NCBI GenBank assembly: GCA_965113315.1
Contig: OZ220374.1
Source: Podarcis vaucheri
Taxonomy: Eukaryota
Strand: one strand, 5' to 3'
DNA: 64,000 nt
Shown here: positions 27,176-40,946 of the stretch, one piece after another
Position numbering within the stretch: position 1 is the first letter of the stretch
Layout: every line of letters starts with the position of its first letter
Notes under the pieces: generated by a model
Told to the model about the DNA's origin: nothing
What the model saw: the letters and a program-made list of their open reading frames with translations, nothing else
Databases searched by the model: none
Program-made: the position numbers and the translations under genes

Positions 27176-29326
27176 TAAATATAGATGTTGCTCTGTTATT
27201 AACCTCTTAGCAGCATTTCACAATAATCATAGCTTGGTCCCTAAGACATTTGGATGGCGCCTTGTGCGCTTCCTTCCGGTAACTCCTGCAGCCAAAAAAG
27301 TCTTGTTCTGCTTTCCTTTGGGCGCATCAGCGAGGTCCAAGGCTTGTCGCCTGGGCAGCCCAGGACCTCCAGACACTTCAGTGCTGCTAAGGCAGTGGTT
27401 CGACTTCAATCCCCTCCCCAAACTCACTCCATTGTCTCTCTATAGACAGACGGGATGCCAACCACACACATAGCTTGGCCTGTACAGAAAGAGAAGGGGC
27501 AGTGCTAAGATCCAACTCCTAGTAGTAAGCAGGTAGTAAGTACAGTAGTGGTTCACATCTGTTTCTTTATTCCAAACAACAGAGCAGGTACTTTATAGAT
27601 AGGGATTGGTCTTTGGTCAAAAGAGCTTGTTGTAACTGTTGCTGCTAGTAGTAAGCAAATCCTAGTATTAGTAGTACTTCACTTTGAGCCAGGGACATGC
27701 TAGTTGAAATAGTGAAAAGGACTGGTCACTGGATCTCACAGCCAACAATTAGTCCTGCTATAGGACAGTTGCAACAACTACAGTTATTTAGGATTAGTAG
27801 AGAAGCAAGGAATGGAGAGGTGGAACAATCCCATGGCAATTGGTCAGATAATTTAAGAAGCACCAGTGGAGCTATAGCACTTTAAAAGACAAAGAGCTTT
27901 GTTGTGATGTGTGATTTCATGGGCAACACAACAGACGTATCTTAACCCAGTTTACTGTCGCCAATACTGGCAAGGCAAATGCCTTTGAGAAACTCACAAA
28001 GTGGGCGTGAAGGTGTTGAGCTAGCCCAGAGTCAGCAATCCACAGGTAGACTGCCTTTATGTGTAGAGGTTTCTGCTTAGCTATCATGGCCGGTCTGCCA
28101 AACCACTGGCAGGCCCATTCTCCACAAATCTGCCAAATCCTTGGTTGCTGGTATCCATCAACTTGACTTCATTGTGCCTTGTGTGGAGGACGAATAGTGC
28201 TTAGGGCAGGACTGGGGAATCTGTGGCTCTCCAAACCTCACTGGACCCCAGTTCCCTCCAGGCCTAGCCAGCATAGCCAATGGTTAGAGATGTTGTAGTC
28301 CAGCAACAGCTGGAGGCCCACAGGTTCCCCAACCAGGCTTATGGAGAAGTGGTGGCAGCTGTTGTCCTGTGGAAATGGTAGGGAAGAAGGCAGGGAGCCC
28401 AACCAAAGTTGGGAGCCAGAGCCAATGAAAGGAGAGCTGACTGGTTTTGGTCTCCACTGTCCTCTCTGCTGAATTGTACAAGCCTAATGCTGAGGCTGAG
28501 GTCCAGGCAGTGTCACCTGCTGGGCTGGGTGTAAGAAGGCAAGCAGATGGGCCGGGAAGAATCAAGGCTGAGCTTGGTGGTGCAGGGCCCCAATTGCCCT
28601 AATGGACAAAACTCCAATGTGAAGTCTGCATTGAATATCCATTGAACCCATAATGTAAGGGAGAATCCACCTTTAACGGACGGATCTGTCCTTCATTGCC
28701 ATGGGAAGACCTTGCCCCAGACTCCATCCACTGAGATGTGGCTCCCACCCTCCTCTGGAAACTACCTGAGAAAAGGCTATCCCAGACTTGCCTGCCAGAT
28801 CTAAAGGCTGCAGTCTTGCTGCCCACTTGAAGCCTGCTCCATTTAAGTCAGTGAGACTTACTTCCAAGGAAAACTGTCTAGGAATCTGAATACAGAGAGC
28901 TCGTTGAAAGCCTCTCTCCCCAAGCCAGTTAAGCCCTTTGTTTTTCTACTTCCAACTCCCGAGTACAAAATCTGTGCAGCCTTATTTCGACAGCATTTTT
29001 ACTTTCCAGGACTGTGTTTAGACAGGGAGAAGCTGGGTTCTCACTAGAAGGAAGGAGATTAGATCCCACGCACCCTACCCTATCCCGAGGAAGAGTCAAA
29101 GCTCACTGGTCATAGGCCAGTCTTGCCCCTAGCAGTCAGGATTCCTTCTCTGCTGAATCACTGGCAAATGCACTTGAGGCTGCGAGTCAAAGTTGCAAGA
29201 TGGATTTAGGTGCAGCGAGTGAGAGAGGCTGGTTTCGAAGGGCGCAGGCTTCCAACTCAGCGTGGCTACAACATGGGTCGCCCTTGATGCAGTTTAACTC
29301 ACTCCTCAGCACACTTTTAACTCCCT

Positions 29327-29683
29327 GGGACGCGGGTGGCGCTGTGGGTTAAACCACAGAGCCTAGGACTTGCCGATCAGAAGGTCGGCGGTTCGAATCC
29401 CTGCAACAGGGTGAGCTCCCGTTGTCCGGTCCCTGCTCCTGCCAACCTAGCAGTTCGAAAGCACGCCAAAGTGCAAGTAGATAAATAGGTACCGCTCTGG
29501 CGGGAAGGTAAACGGCATTTCTGTGTGCTGCTCTGGTTTGCCAGAAGCGGCTCAGTCATGATGGCCACATGACCCGGAAGCTGTAAGCCGGCTCCCTCAG
29601 CCAATAAAGCGAGATGAGCGCCACAACCCCAGAGTCGTCCACGACTGGACCTAATGGTCAGGAGTCCCTTTACCTTTACTTTA
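29327..29683 (+). mobile_element. Sauria SINE, full length
   Basis: Complete head and (TTTACC)n tail. 20-bp TSD CAGCACACTTTTAACTCCCT at 29307 and 29684. Confidence 0.95.
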
Positions 29684-30630
29684 CAGCACACTTTTAACTC
29701 CCTGATGAGCATCAGCGAGTTGAGCTGGCCTAGTGCTCAATTTATCCGGAGTAAATGAAACTGAGTAGTAGTGCATTGCTGCACCTGTAGTAAGATTAGA
29801 GGCTTGACAATCCAATTCCAGCTCCTTCAGACTGTCTTAGAACTGACTCAGCCCTTTCAGGCCTGACCTAGATAGTTCCTTGGGATTGTAAGCAGCTGGC
29901 ACCCCCAACTCAAGCCCACCCGTCACTTCAAATGCAAACAACTCTCAGGCAGGGACAGCTCAGTCGATGGCTGCTCATCCTTCAGTCTTGTAGGCAAGCC
30001 AAGTTTTCCAAATACTCCAGAGCAAATGCAACTTTGGCACTGGGATTTGGGGATGGGGGGGGGGGGCGGCGCGCGTCCCCTTTGTGGCTCTTCTGGGAAG
30101 AAGAAAAAGATTCTAGTAAGAATTCTCAAGTGTTTGACTCTCCAACAGGCAGTGCGACCCACAAACTAATTTACCCGGCACAATTGCTCTTACATAGGGC
30201 CAGGGCTGTTTTCTGACAGACAGCGTGTGCCAAGACCCCGTTTTCTTTCGCAACGAGCTGGAAGAGGCCAAGTCCTGTGTCGACTGGATTTCAAATGCTT
30301 TCCCACCACGCCTCGCCCTATATTCATCCTAAAATAGGTTAATTAGTAAACCTCTTCCTCATTATTCTTCTTGTTCCTGCTTCTCTGTCATCTGCAATAA
30401 AACCACCCTAGTTCCGATGAAAAAAAGTTGTTTTCTCAAATCCAGATTGTAAATCGGCACATTGACACGAGGCAGATTCTTTTAATCTGGATCACAAATG
30501 GCCACCGTTTAGATGAGCCAAAACCTACAGGGTGTAGGGGCCACACACACACACACACACACCCTCCACACACCCCTTTAGCTTCGTTCTTACAATCCAC
30601 CTGGCGGTACTGGGAATCCCCCGTGCTTGC

Positions 30631-30648
30631 AGCGCCACCTGCTGGTCC
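30631..30648 (-). promoter_or_regulatory. CTCF motif (intron 2)
   Basis: Minus strand reads GACCAGCAGGTGGCGCT, a full match to CCASYAGRKGGCRS. Confidence 0.7.
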
Positions 30649-31079
30649 GGCGTAGAAATGCACGCACGTGGCCGGCCCCCTCCCCCTCAAGCTATCTGCA
30701 TAAATTGTCGCTTTTTAGCAAAACAGTTAACGGTGAATTATTTCGGAGGAGTCAGGCCGCTTGTTTTGCCACCTCCTCTCGTTTGTTTGTTGCCTGGAGT
30801 TTAAACAGTAGTTCAGTGGCAGCTTTCAGCTGGGGCAAAAAAACAAAAACAAAAAACCCCACCATCAATTTAAACGTGCCAAGAAACATGCATTCGCGAA
30901 AGAAAAATAATGAACTTGCTCTAAATATATCGATTGACATAAGAAACAAGAGTTAACGGCGCGCCCGTGTTTGGGAGGAGGGCGGGGAGCAGCCACCCAT
31001 TTAAGTCAATGGAGATGATTTCATTGAGAAGAGGATGGGAGCAGCTCGGGTTTCTTCTAACTACCGGTAGCCTCTAATG

Positions 31080-31215
31080 CAGGCATCCCCAAACTCGTCC
31101 CTCCAGCTGTTTTGGGACTACAGTTCCCATCATCCCTGGCCACTGGTCCTGTTAGCTAGGGGTGATGGGAGTTGTAGTTCCAAAACAGCTGGAGGGCCAA
31201 GTTTGGGGATGCCTG
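31080..31215. mobile_element. Palindromic hAT MITE
   Basis: Near-perfect hairpin CAGGCATCCCCAAACT...AGTTTGGGGATGCCTG with an exact 8-bp TSD CTCTAATG. Related copies are at 1527-1646, about 43965-44096, about 58557-58693 and 42103-42160, plus many decayed ones. Confidence 0.9.
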
Positions 31216-32703
31216 CTCTAATGTCTAATGAAAAGAGTTCCTATTCCTAAATATATGCCCTCCCACTTCTCCCCTTCCACACCCTCACACACAGAGTTCC
31301 ATTTCTGCCCCCCACCCTACCATGAAATGAGTAGGAAATTCACTGCCCCTGTTTAAATAACAATCAACGGAGGGTCCGAGGGCATGTGCAGGACAGCATA
31401 TCCCACATTTCTTTGGCTTCAGGCTAAGAGAGGTAACATTTAAAAGCCTTGAACAGCAACAACTTGTTTAATTAAGCAGTGAAAACAAAGCACCTGAGCC
31501 TTACGAGGCTAGTTTACAGGAAGGTGTTTGTATTTTCATGTATGCATAAGAATATGTGCATAAGCCAGGGATGAGGAAACTGCAGCCTTCTAGATGTTGT
31601 CGTCCAGCTCTGTCTGCTTCAGCCAGCCAGGCCAATGGTCAGGGATGATGGGCATTGTAGTCCAATGACATTTTGAGAGTTATTGGTTGCCCTCCCTGGA
31701 CAGAGGACGTGCCTAAATATTCCTTGTTTTTCTGCCATGCCAAAAATAAAAAAAAATAAAAAGCTTAAACAAAGAGGAAGGGGCAGGAGGGAGGGGTTAA
31801 CTTTCCTACTCAGGGAATGCTCAGGGGTACTCATCCAGAACTTTCAGAATCCACCTGGATTTAAGAACATAAGAAGAAAAAGCAGTTTCTGAGCGCAGGA
31901 GCCACTCTCCTCTCCTGTGGTTTCCAGTAACTGTTATTCGGAAGCATTTATGCTTCCATCTATGGTGGCAGAGAGTAGCCTCTGTGGCTAGTGGCCATTG
32001 ACAGCCCTCTCCCAGTTAATAATTATTACTACAATTAACAATTGACCCAAATGATTCATTTCCTTTCAAAAAGGCACTACAACTGGATTTCCACCCTGTA
32101 GCTCTTGCAAATCATCTATCTTTACACATTTGTATTGTGTAGACTTTCCCATCCCCCAAAACCTGACTTCCAAAACAGGAACTTAAGTCCCCACACACAC
32201 ACTCTCTCTCTCTCACTCACACACACACTCATACAGGATAGTTTAATCATTATTGTGGTGCATGTTGCGTGCTGTAGGATCACTAGAAATCCCCAAAGGA
32301 CTTGGTGGTTTATGCTGGACAACGTCAAGTTTATATATAGGTACCATTTACATCTAAAGGTGCTTGAGATTTAGGCTGCTGCCTGGCCCTACTTACCTGA
32401 AAGTCAACCCAATTAGATTGGACAGGATAAACCTCTGGGGAGGCATGGTTAGGATTGCGGCCTTACTCAATCACTGAAGAGGGCATGGTTAAAATCTGGA
32501 TCCAGAGTTAATAACAACTAGATTGGTCCATAACAGCATCCAGAAGTCTAGGACAGAGACTTCCTCATTGTAGATAGGAAGAATAATGGACGGTGGCATT
32601 TTCTGTTTCACATACTTTTCATGATCCTCATAGTGAGTGTGGAACATCTTGTGGTGGCAGCCAAGAACCATCTTGGAAGATATATGTACAAAAATAGTTC
32701 AGG

Positions 32704-32747
<44 letters not shown>

Positions 32748-32820
32748 GATGGATGATGGATGATGGATGATGGATGATGGATGATGGATGATATAGATGA
32801 TAGATAGATAGATAGACAGA
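32704..32820. repeat. (GATA)n with embedded (GATGGAT)n
   Basis: Direct reading. Confidence 0.95.
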
Positions 32821-33263
32821 CTTGTACTGTAGTTTGTAGATTAAGGAAGATTTTGCCAATGCAATGACGTCCAGATGTTGCTGGACTACAACTCCCATCA
32901 GCTCCAGCCAGTGTGCTGGCTAGGGCTGATGGGAGTTGTAGTCCAACATCATTTGGAGGCCACCAGGTGGGCAAAGGCTGAATTAATGAACAAAATGGAC
33001 CACTGAGTTGATTCCAACTAAGTTCTACTTAGAGTAGACCCTCTGAAGTGCAGGGACTTGTCTAACTTAGGTTTATCCATTAGAATCCACTCGGAGTAGA
33101 ACCTAGTTTGATTACAGACCATGAATTTCAGTTGGTCTACTTTGAGCAGAGTGTAGCTGGAGGCAAGCCATAGAATCTAAATGGTGTGAGGGTTCAAAGG
33201 GCCTTCCCCCAAGACTCTTTCGGAAGTGAAGGACAATTGCAGTGCAATAATGTGGAATGGTAA

Positions 33264-33615
33264 GGGATGCGGGTGGCGCTGTGGGTTAAACCACAGAGCC
33301 TAGGACTTGCCGATCAGAAGGTTGGAGGTTTGAATCCCCACGACGGGGTGAGCTCCCGTGCTCAGTCCCTACTCCTGCCAACCTAGCAGTTCGAAAGCAC
33401 AAAGTGCAAGTAGACAAATAGGTACCGCTCTGGCGGGAAGGTAAATGGTGTTTCTGTGTGCTGCTCTGGTTCGCCAGAAGCGGCTTAGTCATGCTGGCCA
33501 CATGACCCAGAAGCTGTATGCCGGCTCCCTCGGCCAATAAAGCGAGATGAGCGCCGCAACCCCAGAGTTGGTCACGACTGGACCTAATGGTCAGGGGTCC
33601 CTTTACCTTTACCTT
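33264..33615 (+). mobile_element. Sauria SINE, full length
   Basis: 15-bp TSD TAATGTGGAATGGTA at 33248 and 33616. ACCTTT tail. Confidence 0.95.
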
Positions 33616-34450
33616 TAATGTGGAATGGTATAATAGTGTTATTCTTATGATGTAATAGTGCTTGCCAGTTCCCTTTGTCTCACTTGTGCACATTCACTAG
33701 CTCCAGTGACACGGGGAAAACTCAGCACATATAGCTGTGCCCGTTGCTACATCTCTGTGTTGAGAAAATTAGCTCCTTTTGAAAAATTGTCCTGTCCTTC
33801 AGTTACTAGAAGCACAGGACCTCTGATAGGGAACTTTAGGTTTTTATAGCATTTGATCTCCGCTGTAGTCTAGAATACCATGGGCACAAAATAAGTATTG
33901 AAAAAGTTGTTCGTTTCTAAGTAAAGGAACCCAAATAGTTTTAGTTTATAAATATTTATTTATAGTCTGCTTATATACAAATGTAAATACAGCATTTCCA
34001 CCCTATAATTGTTTAAATATGGATCACAAGATAATGATAATGTTAAAATTAGACAACTGGGGGAACTGCAACAAAATCTTGTCCAAGTTTGGAACTAAAA
34101 ATTCCCATTGATCTCAGAATTTCTATGGCTCTCTCGAACAGGTTCTCACTGAAACTGGTATTTCAGAATTACGTTTTAAATGAAACTTAGATTTGAAGTC
34201 TTGCTCGTTTAATCTTAGGCACTACCATTTAATATCAAGGTGCCAAAGTTAAAACTTTTACTCTCACCCCCCCCCAAAAAAACCCTTACTTCTATAATTT
34301 CATGTTGTTGCTGTTTTAAATGGAATTAGGAAACCATAGTTTTGATGCCCAAATTGGTGAGATCTGAAATAGGAAAGGGGATCAGGGGCAGATGGGATAT
34401 GGAGAACCTATTAGGTCTGAGCAACAGATCTTGCTGCAGCTTGCTCCCAG

Positions 34451-34570
34451 CATGGGCATAGCCAGGATTTATGTGGGGGGGGGGGAGAACCTCAGTCAGT
34501 TAAGTATTTTTATTGATTTACTTAATTTAGGGGGGCAGCTGCCCCTCACCCCCTTTTGGCTACGCCCATG
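34451..34570. mobile_element. hAT-type MITE
   Basis: TIRs CATGGGCATAGCCA / TGGCTACGCCCATG. Imperfect TSD GCTCCCAG/CCTCCTAG. Confidence 0.75.
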
Positions 34571-35582
34571 CCTCCTAGGTCCAGTTCTAAACCTCTACTT
34601 AAGCAAGATTTCTTTTTTAAAGTTTGGTTTCCGCCAGAGGAGTCAAATCAGCTCTAATCCAAGTTTTCAATCTCACCTGCCTTCTGGAGTAAATTATCTC
34701 TTAGCCGAGCTACCACCCACAAGGTCAACACAAAAGGAACAATACTACAATAATAAATGGTTTTATAGGGCCTTCGCATCAGGGAAGAATTCGCCCTTTA
34801 TAGATCTTTCAACAACCATTTCAAGTGCTGTACTCCAAAGCAGCCTTTGCCAACTGGGTGCCCTCCGAAGATGGTTGGACTACAACTCCCATCAGCCCTG
34901 GTTTGTAGCATGGAGGGTGCCGTGTTGGTAAGGCCTAAACTGGGTGCCCATACTCATCTTCAGCACCATCCAATTCCATCAGAAGCAAATGGCCCCACCA
35001 GGCTCAATCTGGGCATGGAGATTCGGGGCACGCTCAGGATTTGGGAAGGGAGGGGGTAACTTGGGGGGCATGTCACACGAGGTCGTGTGACTGTACAAGG
35101 TGGATTTCCCCAGCGCTGGCTTGAATCCCGTCTGCTCCAGCTGGTTTCCAATGGCCGAGCGCTGGTTTCATGACTGAGAATGCGATGAGGAGATTAAAAA
35201 ACCAAAGCGGTCCAGGCAGAGGAGATTCTCTGAGCCGCCATCTCTGTTTGCAAAAAGTATGATCCCAGAGATTGGAATGCAAAAGAGGCGAGCTGCCCTC
35301 GCCCCAAGGCCTGAATGACTGTCAAGAGGGGGAAGGCACCGTATAAGAGACAAGACGGATCGTGGGGGCTGGTGCGGGCGAGGGCGGGGGGCGGGAAGAG
35401 AGAGAGACTGAGAGCAAGCTCCTCCATTTCAATTTCAAATACACATCTTGAGTGTTTTGGAAAAGTGTCTTGGTCTGTGCAAATAGCTCTTGGAAGGCCT
35501 TTGGTGGGGAGGGGGCAGCAGGGTTGTATAGGGTCTTCTTTTTGCAAAAGTATGCGTGTGTGAATTGGCATAGAGCCCCCCC

Positions 35583-35790
35583 ACACACCTGAACAAATAG
35601 GGGGCCTGGGGGGCGGCAGGGTGGAGTGTTGGAAGTGTCCTCTCTTCTGAGAGTGCCTCCCTTTTATTGCACAGATCAGAATGACAATGCTGGCCTTTTA
35701 TTGGATTTTAATTAGAGAACCCAAATAAGGGCCTGCTCAAAGAAGCAGATTTTCACACCTCCGCCAGCTTGCTGGCATGTTTACTGAGTT
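35583..35790. promoter_or_regulatory. ar-C / SFPE2-type floor plate/notochord enhancer core in SHH intron 2
   Basis: Ordered motifs CACCTGAACAAATAGG, TGGAAGTGTCC, ATCAGAATGACAATGC, TTTATTGGATTTTAATTAGA and GATTTTCAC match my recollection of the conserved intron-2 ar-C/SFPE2 blocks (T-box/Fox, Sox, homeodomain). An extra TGTTTAC is at 35778. Confidence 0.75.
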
Positions 35791-38700
35791 GCTACACAAC
35801 TGGACCTATTCATCAGGCCCCTCCGAGTGTGCAAATAAAGCCTAGGCTGAAGAAGACGGGACTTTGGGGGGAACAGGGGGGGCTGGCGGGGGGTGGAGGG
35901 AGGTTGTCTGAAGGTGTCAGGAACTTTTCTTTTCGCTTCCTCGCAAAGGGCATCTTTGCCTCCTCTCCGAAGATTTCTGTTCGGTTCCTTCCCCACCCTC
36001 CACGCCCAAGCCTTGGAGATAAAACTGCTAGCCGATCAATACCAATCTGTTTTGTTTTCTTTTTCCTATTTTACCCCTTCCTGAGAAAAGGCATTAGGAA
36101 AGGTTCCAAGGGTTGATTTCGAAATGTAATTGCTCAGCCGGCTAGCCACAGAGGGAGCCGAGCCACTGGCTGCCCCGACCCAGCCTGCTTTTAGGAGGAA
36201 ATTTGCTCTGGAAATAGCCCACTCAGGAAGGAAGAGGGAACTTGAAAGACAGAGAGGGAAGATGGGTTTCAGCATCCTGGCTCCGTTGAAACCCAGCGTG
36301 GCACTTGACTTCAGCCAGCTCACACAGCTTATTTTGCAAAACCTCTTGATGTTGGAGGGTGGGACCGTGAGGTCATTTTAGATACTGGACCGAATGGTCA
36401 TATGGAGAACCCTTGGCAAGATGTATCTGGGAATCTTTCCTTATTGCATCTGAGTGCCTTCCTTCTCACTCAGAGTGAGGCCCTGCACATCCTCCCCAGA
36501 CACTACACCTGATGTTGAGGTGGGGCAGGATGTCGTTGGACTCCAGCTCCCATCATCCCTGACCATGGACCATGCTGGCTGGTGCTGATGGGAGTTAGGG
36601 TCCAATATTAGAGGATGGCATCTTAGCTACCCCTGGGGTAGGACTACCATGATATCTCATGTCTGGAAAGTATGGCAGAAGCACTCAGTTCTACTTTTTC
36701 CTTTGAGAGAAAGCTGTGAGGGCAACTTATGCCCACATCCTGCCTTCTGGTGCTGTTTTCTGAGAGCCTGGGGTGTCCAGCGATCTTCAGATGGGTCTTC
36801 TTGGCCCACCCTTTGAAACTCTTTGTTGCATTCCAAATGTATACCAGTTTAACTGCAACAGCTTTCCCAGAGGATGGTGAGAATTGTAGTTTTGTGGAGG
36901 TACTTGATAGTTCTCTAATTGATACCCATAGTCATCCCTCTTCCCCTTCCTGACTCACCAAGATTTCTGGGGAGATGGAGTAGTCAGTCTAAGACTGCAA
37001 CACTATGCACACTTACATGGAAACAAAGCCACAAACTTTTGTTTCAAGTCCCAAATTTGCCTGCTTCCCTTCCCTTTAATATTTTTCTGCAGTCTGGATG
37101 CACTTGCAAAGTGCAATTCTGGTAAGATCGAAACTACCTGCAACCATGTGCAATTTTTATGTAGATTTGTGACAATGCCACAAATGTGACATGTATCTCA
37201 AGTTCTTCAGATACCTACTGAGACCGGTGCCCCTTCCCTTGAAACAGTGTTCCCCACTGAACACCGTTTATATTTATTGGTTTATTAAATTTGTGACTCA
37301 CTTCCCACAACAAAAAGTCCTGAAGCAATTTACAACACTGTGCAACTTACTTGTGAGTAAACACCTACAGGACTGCACTGTTTGTCTTTGGTTTAGAAAG
37401 GTTGCTGCTTCTATGACATTCAAGGATGATGGTACAGTTCTTGGGGTATTAAGTCTTTCATTCCAGTTGACTGAGAAAAGATCTGGCAGCTGCTAACTGT
37501 TCCTGAGGCTCCCCTCTGGTGCCTGGCTACCACCTTTCTTCATCTGTCTAAGCCAGTTAACCCACAGCCAAGAGCAGCTTTAAACATAGCAATGAAGCTG
37601 GAACCCAGATCTCCTTGGATGGAATGTTCTGACTTGTAATATGACTCCATTTAGATTGCCAGCAGATGGGCTGATCCAGGTGGTTCAGAAACTGTGGTCC
37701 ATGGACCACCAGTGGTCTGTGAGCTTCATTCAAGTGGTGTGTTTCAACAAGTGGCTACTTGGTTGTGCCAAAGGTTACATCAAAAATGTGGATTTGGAGT
37801 TGGGTTTTTTGAAGTAGGAGAGAGAGGCACAGAGGTGTTTAGGAAAGCAGTTCCAGGAATAGGAAATGTTTATGGCACCAGATACATTAAAATTATCATC
37901 CTGTGGTGGCCTTTCAAAGAACTACATCCTGGTGCATGTTATATCTGAAAGTCCCAGTGTGTTGGTACTCAATAGTGGCACCATGGAAATGGTATCTCTA
38001 TGTCATGGGGAAAACACTTGTTTCCAAACAAGTGTGTTTGGGATCATGGCATGCTTTTTATGTTCTTTCTTGTCCAACTCTTGCAACAAACTGAGTGTTG
38101 ACTTTGAAGTAGGGATGCTTGCTGAGTTCAAATCCTTTTTCATGCATGAACTCTCTGTGTAACCTTGAGGAAGTTCCTCATTCATAAAACTGTAGTATCT
38201 GTCACCTTCTTTGGAGATCTGCTTTGACCATGCATAATTACTAAGGAGAACTTGTGATGGACTATTATTACTATTATTATTATTATTCCTGGTCCTATGG
38301 GTACTAAGGATTTTTTTTTTTATGTTGTAAAATTGGCCCATGTGAACTATGCTGATCCAAAGCAATGCTATATTGAGGGCACAAGGTTAAGTATCTCCTC
38401 CAAGTTTTCTAAGGACCTGGGATTTCATCTCACAATCCCTGGGGGTGGCTGCTGTGTCCTCCGTGAGAGAGTAGCTTGACCCTGGGTGAATTTGGGGTAT
38501 CTGTAAGCAAAAGAAAGTCCTCAAAGGTTTTTGATCTGAATACAAGTATTCAGCAAGAAACAAAAACCCACATCTGAATCTGAATTTGAAAACTGCTCCT
38601 TGTTTGAGCTTGAAAAGCATTTGTTTGAGCTCTGATGTTTAACTTCCTGGGTAGAGTCAGAGACCCACCCAATATGTTTGGTTTCTTCGGAGAAAGGTGT

Positions 38701-40273
38701 TAAATTGTTTCAGGCAATAAATATGTCCAAGGAAGTTGGTATATTACAGTAGACATGGTATTGGCTGACGTTTATGAGAAGGAATTGAGGCTTCAGGTTC
38801 TGGGAGAGACAGAAGACTCTTTATTTTCTTTGTTCTCCTGCCTTTCAGTATTGTCCTGGCTGAAAGAGAATCAGCTCAAGACAAACGTAGTCAGTCAGCT
38901 CAAGATGAACACAGTCCGTTTAGCTTGGGCCTGGCCTTATGTTACAAGAGAGTGAAAAGGCTCATGTCCAGGCAAAATGCAAAAACATTCAGTCAAAAAT
39001 CCCTGCTCCAAAGATCTTGCAGTCTTGATTTGGTGATGCAGAGGACAAGGCAGGCTTGGGGTTGGGGGAAGGACAGGTCACAAAATGACAGACCAGGATA
39101 AATAGGGTCTTTATTTCAGAGATGGGTAGGAAGAAATCTTGGTGTGCACACCTTTTAGTGGCTGCATTCATCTTCTCTGAGCTGAGTTATGCCTGTTCAA
39201 ACTGGGCCAGTAATGAGCCAAATTAAAAGTGTGCGGACATGGGACCTGTGAAGCCATTAGGAGGACCACAGATTTTGTCTGCTGTTTGAAGCAAATCCGA
39301 GGGCACAAGGTCCCTCTTCTCCCTGGCAACTGCGTTTCCATAGTAACAGAGTTTCAGTGGCTACTGCAGAGTACAGCTCCCTAGTTTTATACTGCCCCTA
39401 CATTATTCCAGCAACAGTTGCACAGGTTTTATGTGCATATATATGCTTATAAAATTTATCGTGCACACACGTGCACACACACACACAATGTAAGGGTTGT
39501 AGTCAGCTAAGTCCTACTCACTGTAGAACCATTGGCATGACTTAACATGTCTATTGACTTCAGTGTAGGTGGTGCTCATGGATTTGCTTGCTTTGGATGA
39601 AACAGAAATATGAGCCCCTACAGTCAATGCTTTTACTGCAGCTACCACACAGCTGCACTCAATGCCTGGTGCAATGATGGTGATAATTTATATCTGGCAG
39701 ATAAATCTTATAGAGATGGCAAAATGACCCTAGGGTGAGAGTTGCCTTGCTGAGGTCATTTGGCCGGCCACACCTTTTTGCTCTTTTAAGACATTGCAGA
39801 GTGGCAAAAGAAAGTTTAGACTATATTTTTGAAAGGTGTGTGTGTGTGCATTGTATAGATACAAATATATAGGATGTGATTTTTACATGTAGACTTCATA
39901 TATTAGTGGGAGAAGCTGTCTTTTCTCCCAAGTAAGTTCTAGTTTTACACAAGAACAGGAGCATTGCGTGGTACTTAACTTTTAGCAGGACTGGGGCCCT
40001 AATCTGCAAAGGTCAGCCCTCTGTCTTGAAGAGTGATCAGAAGATGGTCAATCTGAAAGACTGTCTGCTGCAAAGGTCTTTATATTGTCCCATCAACAGT
40101 TTCAGCACCTGAACGGCAGACTAAGCAGGGATGGAGGTCACCTGTCCATGTGCAAATTTTACACTCGTTGGTGTCTTCATTTTTTGTGCTGGCGAATCTC
40201 CTCTTCTTTGGTAATGTGTAAATGGCCACCCTAGCAACTTTATATGCATAAAGATTGGATCTGGAATTAAATA

Positions 40274-40504
40274 CAGTGGTACCTCAGGTTACAGACACTT
40301 CAGGTTACAGACGCTTCAGGTTACAGACTCCGCTAACCCAGAAACAGTACCTCGGGTTAAGAACTTTGCTTCAGAATGAAAACAGAAATTGTGCAGCGGC
40401 AGCGGGAGGCCTCATTAGCTAAAGTGGTACCTCAGGTTAAGAACAGTTTCAGGTTAAGAACGGACCTCCAGAACGAATTAAGTTCTTAACCAGAGGAACC
40501 ACTG
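40274..40504. mobile_element. Tc1/mariner MITE
   Basis: TA|CAGTGGTACCTC...GAGGAACCACTG|TA. Confidence 0.9.
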
Positions 40505-40799
40505 TATACAGATAATAAAAAAATTACCAAAACCAAAGCAAAACAAATCACAGAGACAGACACAGAACCACAAATATATAAATTATATTTTCGCAGTACA
40601 GATTTAGCTGATGGAGTGGAGTAGGAGGCACCTATTTAAAGTATGAGTTGTTCTGAAGAATAAAGAGCAAATTTATTTGTTTTTTATCCTCCTGCCTCAT
40701 CAATCCTCCCTCCCAAACTTCCTTGATTCCAACAGTCACCCATGTATATTATCTGCCACAGGAAGTATGGCAGCAGTATAGTTTTATTTGTTGGGCACT

Positions 40800-40946
40800 C
40801 AGTGGCGTAGTGTGGGTTGTCAGCACCCGGGGCAAGGCAAGTAATTTGCGCCCCCTAACCCGTGGATTTGCGCCCCCTAACCCTAACCCCCAGATGTTGC
40901 ACCCGGTGCAGCCGGGGGCCCCTGCACCCCCCACGCTACGCCACTG
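40800..40946. mobile_element. hAT-type MITE
   Basis: TIRs CAGTGGCGTAG / CTACGCCACTG. Imperfect 8-bp TSD TGGGCACT/GGGGCCCT. Confidence 0.75.

Noticed and set aside
29327-29345. CTCF-like GGGTGGCGCTG in Sauria SINE heads
   Set aside because: Only the 3' half matches; the 5' CCAS and the central A are missing. It is the tRNA-derived A-box region.
34392-34931. 179-aa ORF in intron 2
   Set aside because: It runs across a hAT MITE and other repeat remnants; not protein-like.
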